A stretch of DNA of 64,000 nt, from the NCBI RefSeq assembly GCF_001194135.2, contig NC_068994.1, forward strand, positions 3,272,525-3,336,524. The letters run 5' to 3'. The notes beneath the pieces are model-generated. The model did no database searches and was not told the origin of the DNA. It saw only the letters and a list, made by a program, of their open reading frames with translations. Each line of letters opens with the position of its first letter. Within the stretch, counting starts at the first letter, position 1. Of the stretch, positions 36,661 to 50,790 are shown piece after piece. The translations under genes were made by a program, and so were the position numbers. This DNA is from Octopus bimaculoides (Eukaryota).

Positions 36661-38557
36661 AACCTACACATGTGTGCAGGTGCATGTGTGTAAGCAAAAA
36701 TGACCGAAGATTAGTATCTCAGAGTGGCCAGTGGATTGAATTTGGACAAAAAAGATGATAAACTGGCCACTCTGTCAATCACAACAATAAGGATTTCAGT
36801 TGATTTGATCAATGGAAAGCCTGCTTGTGAAATGAATGCGCAAGTGGCTGAGCACTCCACACACACACACATACCATCACTATAGTTCTCAGGAAGATTG
36901 AGTGTGACACAGAATGTGACAAGGCAGGTCCCCTTTGAATTACAGGTACTACTCATTTTTGCCAGCTGAGTGGACTGGAGCAATGTGAAATAATGTGTCT
37001 TGCTCAAGGACACAACACGCCACCAGGAACCGAACTCATGACCGTACAACCATTTCCTGAATGTCCTAACCACTTAGCCATGTGCTCTCATGGTAAAAAG
37101 TCTATCAAGTATCATACAGGGTGAGTTTTTGATTCATTGAAATAATCATCTCTTTATGTAGCCTGCTTAGAATTAGAAGAGGAAATGAACTGAAGAATGA
37201 AGAATTCCCTGGAACTAACTCATTAAGTCTTTTGTTTCTGAAGATAGAAGACTAAAACTGAACTGTAATTAAATAAATTGCATAACTATAAATTTTCAAA
37301 ATTTTTCTCAGCATATATATGTACTGCCACTTAGTTTTTTAGGCCCTTACAATTTACCCTTGGAACTAAAAATGTTTCTGCCCTGGTTTAGAAAACTACA
37401 ACTAAAATATAAAGTATTGACTATTATTAATAAACACAACTTGGAAGGCTAAAGAAACCAAACTGGACAAGGGAGATAATTATACAATAGCTGAGAACAG
37501 CTTTCATTGTTGGTTCAGAAATACCTGCTGCTAAGAGATTTAATCAAACCAGACGATTAATTTTCGAAATGTCAGATCATTATTATTATTATTATTATTA
37601 CGATTTTTGTGATTATTTAACTTCATCTTGAAAGATATAAAAAGTGTTTTAAAGTTTACATCTTGAAGTTGGCCGGGCTGTGTGTTGTGTTCTTGAGCAA
37701 GACACTTCACATTGCTCCAGTTCATTCAGCTGTGGAAATGAGCTGTGATGTCGTCACAGGTGCCAAGCTGTATCAGCCTTTGCCTTTCCCATGGATAACA
37801 TCAGTGGTATGGAGAAGGGAGGCATGGTATGCATGGACGACTGCTGGTTTTCCATAAAACAACCTTGCTCGGACTTGTACCTTGGAGGGTAACTTTCTCG
37901 GTGCAGTCCCATGGTCATTCCTGACCAAAGGAGGTCTTTGTATAAATGTAATCCCACTGCCTGTGCCCAAGACTTTTGCCTCTTGAGTCCCTCTGTAACT
38001 TATTATTATTAGTAATAATAAAAGTACAAGTCAAACACTGGGGTCAATATAATTAACCAACACTGCCCCTCCACCACCACATCCACTATTTTAGGCCTTG
38101 TGCCTTTGGCAGAAAGAATTATTAATAATACATACATATCTATTATCTTTTACTTGTTTCAGTCATTAGACAACAGCCATGCTGGAGCACCACCTTAAAG
38201 AATTTTTAGTCAAATGAATTGACCCTAGCACATGTTTTTAATCTTGGTACTCATTCTGTCAGTTGTTTTTGTAGGGGACAAATATAAACATACATATGCA
38301 CACACACACACACTCACATATATGCATACAAACTTATTTATTTTTTACTTGTTTCAGTCATTAGAATGTGGCCATGCTGGGGCAACACCTTGCAGAATTT
38401 TTAGTCGAATGAATTGACCCCAGGACTTATTTTCTTTCTAAGCCTGGTACTTATTTTATTGGTTCTTTTGCTGAACCACTAGGTTACAGAGATGCAAACA
38501 AACCAACACTGGTTATCAAATGGTGGTGGAGGACAGACACAAACACACATATATATG

Positions 38558-38588
<31 letters not shown>

Positions 38589-39214
38589 NNNNNNNNNNNN
38601 NNNNNNNNNNNNNNNNNNNNNNNNNNNNNNNNNNNNNNNNNNNNNNNNNNNNNNNNNNNNNNNNNNNNNNNNNNNNNNNNNNNNNNNNNNNNNNNNNNNN
38701 NNNNNNNNNNNNNNNNNNNNNNNNNNNNNNNNNNNNNNNNNNNNNNNNNNNNNNNNNNNNNNNNNNNNNNNNNNNNNNNNNNNNNNNNNTATATATATAT
38801 ATATATGCATGTGTGTGTGTGGAGGAGCAATGGCCCAGTGGTAAAAGAATGGACCTATGGTAAAAGAATATAGACATTCAAACTAAACAACGAATACATC
38901 AGGATCTCAAAATGGAATGAAGTACTCATGACCTCATACAACCATAGGAACGTCCAGCCACAGAAACCATGCTAAAGCAAACAATAAAGCTTGGCATAGT
39001 TTTCTGACTTACTAGTTCCTGTCAAACTGTCCAACCCATGCCAGCAGGGAAAGCAGACGCTAAATGACGATGAAACCTATGAAATGCTTGCAACAGAGTG
39101 GATCCAAGGAGCCAGTGGTGTTAAACCAGGCAGTAACTAACGTCTGTCACACACGTAAGCCAGGTTTGAACTACAAGGTATCTGGTCCGACATTCTTACA
39201 GTTCTACTAATCAA

Positions 39215-39365
39215 TTGCCTTCGATAAGTACTTTTTCATCGACCCTGAAAGGCTGAAATAAAGTTGAGCCTAGCAGAGTTTGAACCCAGAGCGCAGCGAG
39301 CCAGAATAAATACCGCGAAACCATCTGTCCGACGCTCTAACGACTTCGCCAATTCGCCGCCACAA
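39215..39365 (-). mobile_element. tRNA-derived SINE family B
   Basis: Minus strand ggcgaattggcgaagtcgttagagcg...gggttcaaactc...gggtcgat; further copies near 20740, 42150-42490, 42740, 44020, 44840-45030, 51630, 63530. Confidence 0.7.
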
Positions 39366-40113
39366 TGATAGTGACTATAGAAATGTGGATGTTGCTTGTC
39401 TACGATTAAAATAAACTTCAAAAATTGTTATTTCAGACATTATTCTTAGACCAAATTTACTGAAAGTAGTTATACTTCTGCCAGTGTCAAGAATAAGGTC
39501 CTTCAGACTGCAGGTTGCCTCTGTATAACCTAACACTGGTACCATCGTTCATCGATTCTATAACTTCTCTTCTAAACGGGGGACGCCTCCTTGCCAAGAT
39601 ATGCGGAGATTTTTAAAGGGCTGTATTATTCCAAAAGTATTTATAAATACTTATAATTACTCCTTTAAAATGTCCCGTGTATTGTTCTAAAGTGTTGTGT
39701 GGCCCGTTTTTCTGATTAATACTTGACGGTAAAATATATTAGTGTCTAGTATCAGATGGACAGTGAACTGAACAAGTTTCGCAGTCCCTATTCAAGGGGT
39801 TTTTCTTACAGAATAATAATGCTAGTTCGTAAAAACATTTCCACTGTCGTCCAAGTAGTCAGTAGTTATTGTAGAGAAGTTCGTTCTGCTGTATAGTCAC
39901 ACCACTTGCAGTTACACTATTCTAATCGATGTTTCGAAAACATACGTTAGTACCCATGTATGTATAATATATATATATATATACATACACACACACAGAG
40001 AGAGAAAGAGAGATGGAAGGATGTGTATTTATCCAATATATTTGTTTGTAAAATGCACATATAAATGTATATATACATATATAATATATATGTATCCATA
40101 CGTGTGTGTGTGC

Positions 40114-40146
<33 letters not shown>

Positions 40147-40166
40147 GATAGATAGATAGATAGATA

Positions 40167-40214
<48 letters not shown>

Positions 40215-40499
40215 AATATGTAGTTGTGTGTTTATATAAGAGTATAATGGATTTTTTTTTATATAAAAGGCTCTTATAAAGGGAAATAATTTATCACATG
40301 CTGTAAGTACGGAAGTACCTATGTGATTTAAATCGATTATCCAACAAAGAAACTACATCACAAAGACAACAACAAAAGCAAGTAGTAATAAACCAATAAT
40401 AAACACCGGCTATAAGAATATAAGTTCATATTTACAAAACCATTTAATTAGGTCTAATTGAATATAGGCAACAACAATCAACTGACATCATGATTCAGT

Positions 40500-40757
40500 T
40501 TGACCGTTGTTTATGGAGACGTGTCGTGTCTTCCATAGTGTGTTAATTTGCGCGCCTGTCTCTCCCTCACATGACCTTTCAGTCTCTAATGTGTTGCTTG
40601 CCTCATTTCTCTCTCTCCAACTCCAGATGTAAACATCTCTTGTTTATTAGATATTAACCCCCGTCATAACTCACATTACATCATTATTGCCCAGCTTATT
40701 GAATTCCAACTTTATTCGAGAAGCGTTGCTGCTTGTTTTACACTGTTCAAGGTAAGA
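40500..40757 (+). promoter_or_regulatory. Candidate promoter/first exon for ZF3
   Basis: E2F-like TTTGCGCGCC 40547-40556 in non-TE sequence; donor AAG|GTAAGA at 40751/40752; strong acceptor TTTTCCAG| at 47294/47295 downstream. Confidence 0.35.
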
Positions 40758-43700
40758 TCAACCTCGATATATTTGTTTTAATCGCTTCTTTTTCTTCTCT
40801 CATGTTGTTTTCAAAGATTCCAAGCTGCGTAGTAGTGAATGGCCTTCCCCATCGGATTTCTTTATTATCTCAGCCAACCTTCGTCGACTCACCTATTTCT
40901 TCGTCTTCTCACACATTTGCTTTATTACTTATCCTGTTTAATTACGCTCATATTAGAGACTTTTTCCAAAGAAAAACAACTTCCAGACAGCATGGTGTTG
41001 ACTGTTACTAGGAATGGCCTATGTTTGGAAACAAAAGTCATCATTTATTTATTGTAGTTAAGGAAATAAATCGTTGTAGTTTGTGAATTTGACCAAATTT
41101 TCGCTTCATTTTCGGTCACTCTTTAGGGATTGTATTTAACATCATCCACACCACAGACTACGAGAGATGAAACTGTCAAATATAAAAATAATTATAATTA
41201 AAGATGAGGTAAATCTTAAGTCTTCGTGTTCCTCTCAGCAGAGATTTTTTAAAAAATAGCTTTAATATTTTTTCTATAAATGTGATTCCATCCTCATTTA
41301 ACCTCTAAGGATATGTTAATCTTAACTGTGGCCCTGTTGTCCCCCATTTTAACTCCGCAGTCTTTTATGGGGAGGTTGTACTTAGTCCAAGGGGCCGCAG
41401 GTGTTTTAGTTTACCGACTTTAGTCAATTGTTTGACACCGAATTAGCTCTGATCGAGCAGACCTTGTAATCAAAAGACGTTCCATCTGTGACCATCCCGT
41501 CTTCCTTTCTGTGTATTTAGGACCACGTTCTGTATGTCTTTTGTTTTTTGTAAGACGGTGTGCAATTTGAGGGAGGTTTAGTTGCTATTTCTAGCATATA
41601 GACGAACTATATACAAGAGTCACCGTTGGCCCGTTCAGTGTTTGGTTTGTGCAGGTTGCGTTGTTGTTTAACCCCAAATCAGGTTTGATCGAGCTGACAG
41701 ACTATAATCAAAGACATTCCAACCGTGACCACTCTGTTTTATGGGGGATATCTGGGAGCACATTATCTGATATGTCTCTTTAAAAACCAGAGTATAATTT
41801 CAAGTAAATTTGACTGCTATTTCTAGCAGGTCACCTAGATAGGAGTTCCCCCGTTAGCTCGGCCTTTAATCAGTGTTTCTTACACAACTTATGTGGTGGG
41901 GGTTGTCATGTTAAATCATTAGTCATTAACCATGCGACTAAAGTATAAATGTTTTTCTGTTTCAGTGTGGTCCGTCAGACACCATTTCTGGTGTCTTTCA
42001 TGAAATATAAAATGATTTCTAACAAAAGAGTTGATCGTATATCACTAATATACTTTATCGGGCCATTATTTTATCGGTCCCACTGAAAAATGTACAAGAA
42101 TAGTTTAATAGTAGATGCTGCAAAAACATTTGGTTTGGCGTTTCATAATAACAATTCTTTCTACTAAAGACACAAGGGCTGGAAAATTGGAGGGATGGGG
42201 GTTAGTCGATTACATCGACCCCAGTGTTCAACTTCTTATTTTTATCGACCCTGAAAGGATAAGTCGATCTCGACGGAATTTGAACTCAGAACGTAAAACC
42301 GAATGAAATGTCGCGATGCATTTTGTCCGGAGAGCTAACGGTTCTGCCAGCTTGCAGCTTTAATAATAATAATAACGAAAGCCAACTTTTGAAATGAGTG
42401 GAGGTCGATTGTATCGACTTGAGCACTTGATTGGTATTTTATTTTATCGACCTTCGAAAGGACTGAAAAGCAAAGTTGACCTCGGCAGGAAAATGATAAT
42501 CCTGATATACAAAAAAAAAACAAAGAAAAGATAGGATGGTCACAGCTGGAACGCTTTTTGTAATTGGTCTGCTGATGGGTGGAAAGCTTTCTACTGGCAC
42601 AGCCAGAATATTTGACCCTATTCACACACTGGAATAGAATGGTGACCAGGTTGTAAATGTGACAACAATTAATACATATTACAAAATAATTGAAATTCAG
42701 TCTTTAACTGTGTCTGCGTGTTTCTAATAGTTACAGTGAATCTGGAGCGTTCAACAAAATACCTTGTGGTATTTGGTTACCACTCTTTTACATTTCTACT
42801 TCGAATTCCGCCGAAGTTAAGACTTTTATCCGTCTGAGATCGATAAAATATAGTTTACCATTCAAATACTGCATCGAATTGATATTTGTACATGGCAGAA
42901 GGTTGTTAATTATTGGTGATGATTTTTAATTGGACCTAACTCAATTACCGTATTTCGGACGTCGACAGTATTACTCTTTAAAAATATGTCCCGAAAATTT
43001 TCCGTGGGTCCCAGAGCAGAGGTTCTTAAATTGTTAATATAAAGTATTCTCATTATATTGGGATAAGGCCGCTGTGACGCCCCGTGTCTGGTAAGTTATT
43101 TAGCCGTAGGTCAGCCACAGGTGATCAAAGATGTGCAGGACATCACTCTGAAATAATTTTGAGTGTCAATAATTTGATTTCAGTTGTGAATTAATTAATG
43201 ACATGATGTCTAAATAATCCGGTCGGGTTGGTATTGTTTAGCCTCCAAGTCCAGCCTTCGTCATGATCCAGCAGACTGATTATCATCCAAATTATTCCAG
43301 TTTATGTATATCTACGATTACTTTGTCCAATGTATCCTTTATTTAAGACGGCAGGTGTAATTTGAAAGAAAGTTGGCTGCTATTTCTAGCTTATTGAATG
43401 ACATCACTGATTTGTGTCAAACAGGTAGGAATTGGATTACCTCCCTTTCAGACGTATCGATATATATATATCTGTGTCACATTTAATGCTTTCTCTCTCT
43501 CTCTCTCGTTTATACATATTATAGAAGTCTTATTAAAAGTATTGATCATTTATTGTTTTATTATCAAAAGATGTCAGCAGAAAAAACAATTTAGTGCCAG
43601 CAATGCGTGGGTGTTTAAACGAAACAGTGGCAACTAAATAACTTGTCTTGACGGGGGACCTTCAACTCGTGATGAAGGGGGAGGCATTGGTGCATCGCCG

Positions 43701-44262
43701 CGACATACGGCGTCTTGGGTATATTTGAGATTCGATGGAGTCCGTCCTTGTCCTGCCTCACCTTAGCCGATTTCGTGTGGAAGACTAGAGAGGGAACAGT
43801 GTTTTGGAATAAGTATATCTATCTCATGGGGAAGGAAAAGAAGGCACAAAATGGTGGTGGGCTGGGGAAGACAAAGGAAAAGGCCAGATGTTTCGGAATT
43901 GTAATTGCCGTGGAATGAAACACAGAAAATACTGGAACCAAAAAATGAAGGGAAAAAACCTATCCAATTCCGGATTTTTTTTTTCTTTCTTACTTGTGAG
44001 GTAGTGATGACTTTTCCAGTGGTTGAAGTAGAACTGACCCCAGTACTGGGTTAGTGCTTTATTTATCGACCCTGCAAGAATGAAAGGCAAAGTGATCGTG
44101 ACTTGATTTGAACTCAAAGGTCAGAGAGCTAGAACATACCTTGAGGCATTGAAGCAAAATGACTATTAATAGGTTGGCACCTTATTCTGTTCACGTTTTG
44201 GATTCTTTAGAGGAATGCTAAATAAAACTCAGTATATGACTGGTACTTCATTTTATTAACTA

Positions 44263-44633
44263 GGTGCAGGCATGGCTGTGTGGTAAGAAGTTTGCTTCCC
44301 AACCACATGGTCCCAGGTTCAGTCCCACTGCAAGTGTCTTCTGCTATAGTCTCAAACTCACCAAAGCCTTGTGAATGGATTTGGTAGACAGAAACTGAAA
44401 GAAGCCTGTTGTATGTATATATGTGTGTGTGTGTGTGTCCCCTATCATCACTTGACAACTGGTGTTGGTGTGCTTACGTCCCCGTGTCTTTAGTGGTTCA
44501 GTAAAAGAAATAGGTGGAAAAAATATCAGGCTTAAAAAGATAAAAAGAGTACAGGGGTCGATTCATTCAACTAAAAGTTCTTCAAGACAATGTTCCAGCA
44601 TGGTCGCAGTCTAATGAGTGAACCCAGTGAAAG
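44263..44633 (+). mobile_element. Near full-length SINE family A
   Basis: A-box-like TGGCTGTGTGGT, B-box-like GGTTCAGTCC, central (TG)n/(TA)n, 3' ...ccagcatggtcgcagtc..aagaa tail; another copy at about 46840-47220. Confidence 0.85.
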
Positions 44634-45339
44634 ACCTGCTGAAGGATGAAAATTGGTTTTGATGAGGTTTGAACTTAAAACACAAAACGAACAATAGACA
44701 CTGACATAAATTTAATCTTTATTAATGTGACCCAATTTCATTTGGGAATTACCAGGTGTTTGTATGAGAATTATAGCACAAACTAATCCAGAGACTCAGT
44801 CTTCAGTGATGCTGATGATAATCTTTTTTACTCTAAGCATAAACTCTGTAATTTTGGGAGAAGAGACTGGTTGCATGACATGGGTCCCAATACTTGCTTT
44901 ATTCACTTCAAAAGGATGAAAGGCAAAGTTGATCTTGGCAGCATTTGAACCCGGAATGTAGCAGCAGATGAAATAACACTAAGCATTTCACCTGGCGTCC
45001 TAACGATTCTGCCAGCTCACCGCCTTTTTAATAATCATAATAATAATAATTGTTTTCAATGTAGGTAGAAGGCCATAAATTTTGTGAGGAATGGGTTAAT
45101 CAACGAAATCAGAATGGTACTTTATCACTTCTTCTGTGATAGGCTCTTGAATTGCTGTGAATCTGTTAGAGTTCCCAGAGTAGTTGGATAAGTTCAGCTT
45201 CTGTGAAGAGTGTAGGATCTAATGTTTTAACTTGTCATTGATCTGAGCATCAAGAAGATCAAAATGGTGGTGGTGGTGGTGGTGATGTAGGCAGCCAACA
45301 CAACAATAACACTGTTATCTTCATCATTATTCAAAGCAA

Positions 45340-45900
45340 TTGAAATGATCGAACTCTCTGGTGGACTGATTGTTATTCAACCACAAGTGTTACCCACTGA
45401 TTCTGTATGATGTTCAGATCAGGTGTGTTTCCTGGCCAAGGAAGCCCATTGATGAGATTGTCTGTAAACCAGACAGTGGTTGTTTGGCATTGGGTGGAGG
45501 GGCCAAATACTGATGCTGGAACAGAAATTCCATATCCATTAAGTAGCTTGTTGGTTGACAGACACATGAGGTGCTCTGAGATCCCTTAATAAATTACCTG
45601 TCACCCTAATAAAATAAGGTGTGGTCCAACTGTTGTTACTCTAATGAAATAGAGTGGCCCAACTGCTATGACCCCGTGGTTGTGGTATGGAGAGGACTGA
45701 AGGTGATGAAAATGGAAATATTTAAGAAACTTGAGGACAATTAAAAGTTGTGACATCATTGAATGTGATGGGAAAATGATGAGCAAGAAAATAATATTTG
45801 GAGTAACGAGAGTCATAAGTACAGCACATCACTTGATGTGACTAATTGGATGATAAGAGGCTGTTGAATTGTAAAAATAGTTAAGTGTCTTATGTCTTCT
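45340..45900 (-). mobile_element. Tc1-family transposase relic
   Basis: WPGNTPDLNIIQNQW (Tc1 WPxxSPDLNPIENLW) and GVIAVGPLYFI segments in disrupted frames. Confidence 0.7.
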
Positions 45901-47763
45901 GGTACCATACAAGTTATGGCAGCTGACAATGTATGTCTCTTTTGAATTGATTAAACTGGACTGTCTTTATGACAACACTATAATTAATTTAAAAGTTATT
46001 AATCTGCAAATCAAATTGTGAGGATAGCTTGACCAACAGACTCTCATTAATGTGATGTTATGTACAAGGAGATTCAAGTATTTCCTAACCCTGACCTTTA
46101 TCTCAACAAACTTAAGTCTTTGCTCGTAAAAGCTGATCTAATAGACAAGATTGGACAAATATTCATCAGAATTTAGAACAGCTAGAAACACCTGATATGG
46201 AATCACCTTGTGAAAATACATATTTATCAGGCACCATCTGTCTACTCAATTTTAAAATCCCAACCAAAATGTAAATGAATTTCTATTGAATTTAATGGGT
46301 TTTTTTGCTCATCATTGCAGCTTTAAAGTTATAAATCTGTTGATGAAAATATATCTTCATTTATAAAAAAACCTTCTTTTATATGTGGTACAGCAAATGC
46401 TGTACAACATAAGTTCTTGATTTGTTAAAATTATTTCTGCCCCTAGAAAATGTGTTGTGTGGTGACTGTAGAAGAAGCTTTCTTCCTAGCCACATGGTTC
46501 CAAGTTCAACCCTACTGTAGCCCCAGGCTGACCAAAGCTTTTGTGAATGAATAATGTCGATGGAAACTGAAAGAGGCCTTCATGTGTACGTGTGTTTATT
46601 TTTCCTCATCTTGACATGATGTGATAATTGCCAATGAGTGTCACTCCTTTCCAATATTCTGGCAAGAGCATGTCTGGTCATGGAGAAATATTATCTAGCT
46701 TGGAAACGAGCAACAGAAAGGGCCTCTAGCCATAAAAAATCTGCCTCAATCAACTGTGTCCATTCCATGCAAGCCTGGGTAATTGGGCATTAAAACAATG
46801 ATGATGACGTGTATGTTAATTACAGCACAATGTTTATGGCTAGTCTTGGTCGAATGATTTACAGATTGTGGTTGTATGGTAAGAAGCTTGGTTCTGGGTT
46901 CAGTCCTGCTGAATGGCATCTTGGGAAACTGTCTTCCACTGTAGACCTGGGCCAACCAAAGCTTGGGGTATTTAGTAGATGGAAATTGAACGAAGCCCAT
47001 CTGTATATCTGTCTTTGTGTTTGCCTGTTTCCTCCCCCCTCCTCCTCCTCCTGCAATTGACAGCTGGTGTTGGTTTGTTTGTTGATGTAACTTAGCAGTT
47101 CAGCATATGAGACCAATAAAGTATTAGGATTAGAAAAAAACAAGCCCTAGGGTTGATGTGTTTCACTAAAACCCTTCAAGATAGTGCCCCAGCATGGCCA
47201 TAGTTTAACAAGTAAAAGGTAAACATATTTTTTGTCTTGGTTTTAAATAAAATTCAATTTTACAACTGATTTCCTTTTTCTCGTTGTTTTCCAGGTGGCT
47301 GAGATTCCACACTGCATTGAGTCTGTCAGTCTGATGTCCCAATAGAACTACAGAAAGAATTGCAAGATTTCAACATATCCTCTATTGTTCTACATACAAT
47401 GAACATCCTGAAATGAACCACATTTGTTTTCTATAATTAAATTAATTCTGTCCACTTTATTCACCCAATCTGTTAATTACACTAACTTTAACCTTGTTAT
47501 GTTAAGACATTCAAAGATTCCTTAAAAGAGAGAAGAAAAAAATCAGCTTGTAAGATTTGCTACTTCCCTGTCTGTCTCGCTTTGTCATTTTGGCTAAAGT
47601 GGAATGGTACAGAAATTGTGTCATTAGATAGTGGTGGTCATCTTATAGAAAATTATCAGACTGTTTCTATAGCAACATTGCAGACAGCACTCTACCAATA
47701 GCCAGAATAGTTGTTTGTTTTGTAACTGGCATGTTGTCCTGGTAGTAGTTGAACATTGTAACA

Positions 47764-49077
47764 ATGGACCTCTTCCCAATACCGAACCTCAGTGAAAGTG
47801 ACGCTGGTGGGGCTGTTGCTGCTGCCAATGTGGATGCGATGATGCAGGGCTGCAAAAAGTCCAATAAGAACTTGCTCAATCCTGCAGCCACCGGCTCTCA
47901 GTCGTTTCAGAACAATATAAGCAACCAGCCATTTCAAGACAACAGCAACAGTCCACCGTTTCAAAGTAATACAACCAGTCAAGCATTTCAAGGTAATGCA
48001 AGCATTCAGCCATTTCAGAACAGTACGACCAGTCAGCCGTGTCAGAACAGCGCAACCAGCCAAGCGTTTCAGAACAATAGGACCACAAATCAGTCTTGTC
48101 AGAACAATATGGCCAATCAACCATGTCAGAATAATATGACCAATCAACTGTGTCAGAATATTACCAATCAACTATGTCAAAACAGTATGACCAGTCAGTG
48201 TCAAAACAGGACCAGTAACCAACAATGTAGGAACAGTATGGCCAGTCATACATGCAGGAACAACATGGCCAGTCAGCCATGTCGAAACAATATGACCAAT
48301 CAGGCATGTCAAGACAATAGGACTAATCAACCATGTCGAAACAATATGACTAGTCAAGCATGCCAGGAAAGTAGCAGTCGACAACAATGTCAAAATAACA
48401 TGGCCAACAGGCAAGCATGTCAAGATAGTTCAACCAGTCAGCCATGTCATGACAATACAACCAGTCAGCCATGTCAGGACAATATGACCAATCAACCATG
48501 TCAGGATAATAAAACCAGCCAATCAGGAGCTGTTAAAGTGAAGGTGGAAGGTGAAACGAGCAAACTGTACTTTTGTGACATCTGTCAGAATCTGTATTCT
48601 AAAGGCAACCATCTCCATACTCATAACCGGCCGCATTCTGGTGAACGACGATTCAAGTGTGAGCAGTGTGATAAGCGTTTTCTCCAGAATAGTCATTTGA
48701 AGGCTCATTTGCTAACGCATTCTTCAATTCGGCCATTCGTCTGTGATATTTGTGAGAAGAGCTTTAGAAAACGGTGTGATCTGACTCGTCACCACAGAAG
48801 CCACACGGGAGAAAAACCACATGAATGCCCTATTTGTGGCTTCAGATTTGGTGAGATCAGTCATCTGAACTCCCATTATCGAGGTAGCCACACCGGCCTC
48901 AGACCTTACGAATGTGATGTCTGTGGGAAAAAGTTTGCTCGAGGATTTGACCTTCGCAGGCACCAGCGAATACATACAGGTGAGAAGCCGTATAGCTGTG
49001 ACATTTGTGACAAGAAGTTTACTGATGGCAGTCACCTATTGAAACATAAGAAATCTCATGCGAAAATGAACACTTAA
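47764..49077 (+). CDS. C2H2 zinc-finger protein ZF3 (6 fingers; N-terminal 23 x 9-aa repeat), 437 aa
   Basis: Intact ORF; first ATG at 47764 (the track start 47749 is a TTG); candidate acceptors at 47294 and 47672. Confidence 0.92.
   Translation: MDLFPIPNLSESDAGGAVAAANVDAMMQGCKKSNKNLLNPAATGSQSFQNNISNQPFQDNSNSPPFQSNTTSQAFQGNASIQPFQNSTTSQPCQNSATSQAFQNNRTTNQSCQNNMANQPCQNNMTNQLCQNITNQLCQNSMTSQCQNRTSNQQCRNSMASHTCRNNMASQPCRNNMTNQACQDNRTNQPCRNNMTSQACQESSSRQQCQNNMANRQACQDSSTSQPCHDNTTSQPCQDNMTNQPCQDNKTSQSGAVKVKVEGETSKLYFCDICQNLYSKGNHLHTHNRPHSGERRFKCEQCDKRFLQNSHLKAHLLTHSSIRPFVCDICEKSFRKRCDLTRHHRSHTGEKPHECPICGFRFGEISHLNSHYRGSHTGLRPYECDVCGKKFARGFDLRRHQRIHTGEKPYSCDICDKKFTDGSHLLKHKKSHAKMNT
47902..48522 (+). 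repeat. Coding 27-bp tandem repeat, 23 units (x-[FC]-Q-[ND]-N-x-T-[SN]-Q)
   Basis: 621 nt = 23 x 27; compensating one-codon indels in four units. Confidence 0.92.
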
Positions 49078-50339
49078 AACATATTTCATTACATCTTCCT
49101 AATGAGCCAGATGTTTTATCTTCTTGTATAACACTTTCAATCTTATCTCGATCAATATCATCGCACAATCTCCATAAAACAACTATTATATTAACATAAT
49201 TTTCTTCTACAATGTGGTGTGTCTGTATGTCATATTGGTGCAGCAGTTAAACTGCTGCGTTTGAGTCTTGACGCTGCCTTGAGCAAGGAGCAATGCATTC
49301 ACAACTTCTGACCAATAAAACAGGATTGTTGATTTCTGTATTTCACTGTGAAACTTACTAGGCTCCTCTTAATAAAAGGGAGAGAGAGAGAGAGAGTTAG
49401 GCTTATGTATACGAAGGGAGTTAACTGTAGCAGCAGCAGCAACACTGTAACTTGTCAAATGTTTCCAAATCCCTCTCTCCAGGTTAACTTTGAATTGAGT
49501 GACACTCAAGTAAGTGGAGGAGGAGTAGTAGTCATACTTACTTCCATTTTTGCTATATGAAGCCAGTAATCAAACTCCCCATTTGAATTTCAAAAACGAA
49601 CAACACTGACAGCTTCTTCTATTGATGACTGTCAGGCCATGGCTGTTGTAATCATCAACTTACACATCAAACCAACTCCTTCGCACAGCAATCCATTACC
49701 ATTCAGTGGTCTTGAACGAACAATGGCTGATGTATATTTAAGTTCCTGCTTCTCTTCTGGATGGAAAGCTTTCGGATAAAGGTTTATTTCACATCAGTTT
49801 CAAACCATCTTTCAGATAGAAAAACAGAATCCAAGTTGATGGTGGTGGTGGTGGTGATCTGCCTCTATGAAGACAATTTGACAATGGAGTTTCTATTTTG
49901 AGGGGAGGAGAGAAAACTGATATTTCAAGGTTGTCCCTTTGTCTGAAATATTCCAGTATAAAAAAGGGCTCACTTAAAACTGCCCTAATTCACTCAACTG
50001 TTTGTTGGTTTAGTTTTTATCACTTGATAAGTTTTCTTAAGGGGAACATTAAATAAAGTTACAAGTTTAGATGTAAAAATGATTTCTTTCCAAAAATACA
50101 CTCAGCCCAATTATTTCAGTGAATTTTAAATGAAGAAGGCAATATTTTGTGAATTCTATTCTCTACATTCACTAAATTATTATATAATATTTCTAGAAGG
50201 ATCTTCCTTTTTGTTATGCAATGGAAAAAATGATTTAGAAATGGCAATAACTTGGATTGGAAGACAATGAAAATGATATTTTTGTCAATCTGGTTTAAAA
50301 ACATTTTATTTAGTTTCAAGAAAGAATGAAAATAATTTA

Positions 50340-50790
50340 TAGATCCCAGACATACAATGGAGTATTGCTTGCTTTCTCTCTCTCATCTGGGGCATTGCTG
50401 CTTCTGCAAGCAAACATACAGCCTAGATTGCATCTGGAAAAGAGCCACCACCTGACTGAATGGGCACAAGTCATGACTCTCAGATTATACTCCGGCCTCT
50501 CATCCATAGGCACGTTTGTCTCTTCTCTCTCCACTTTTTTTTCTACTGCTACTATTTTGACCGCTGCTCCTCAGAGCTGGCTGGACTCATGTCACTTCCA
50601 TTTGGACATTCCTGTCCTCCTCCCATCCCCCATCACTCTCACGCAATCCTTCCTTTTCCAGAACATCATCCCCTTGGAATTCCCTCCTTGTTGATGTCTT
50701 TCTTTGCAAGAACATTAATGACATCAATCTCACCAACCTCCAAGGGTCTGTATAGGTCAAAGGGCACTGTCCCTTCCTTCAGACCCAAAA
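50340..50790 (+). mobile_element. CR1-type LINE 3' fragment (RT C-terminus)
   Basis: ...FFYCYYFDRCSSELAGLM...SFFARTL, matching the CR1-like C-terminal signature FYRYYxGxCSxEL...SFFPRT. Confidence 0.7.

Noticed and set aside
39215-39365. tRNA-like sequences (also near 44263, 20095, 28480)
   Set aside because: A/B boxes only, no complete cloverleaf, and they continue into SINE bodies, so they are SINE heads rather than tRNA genes
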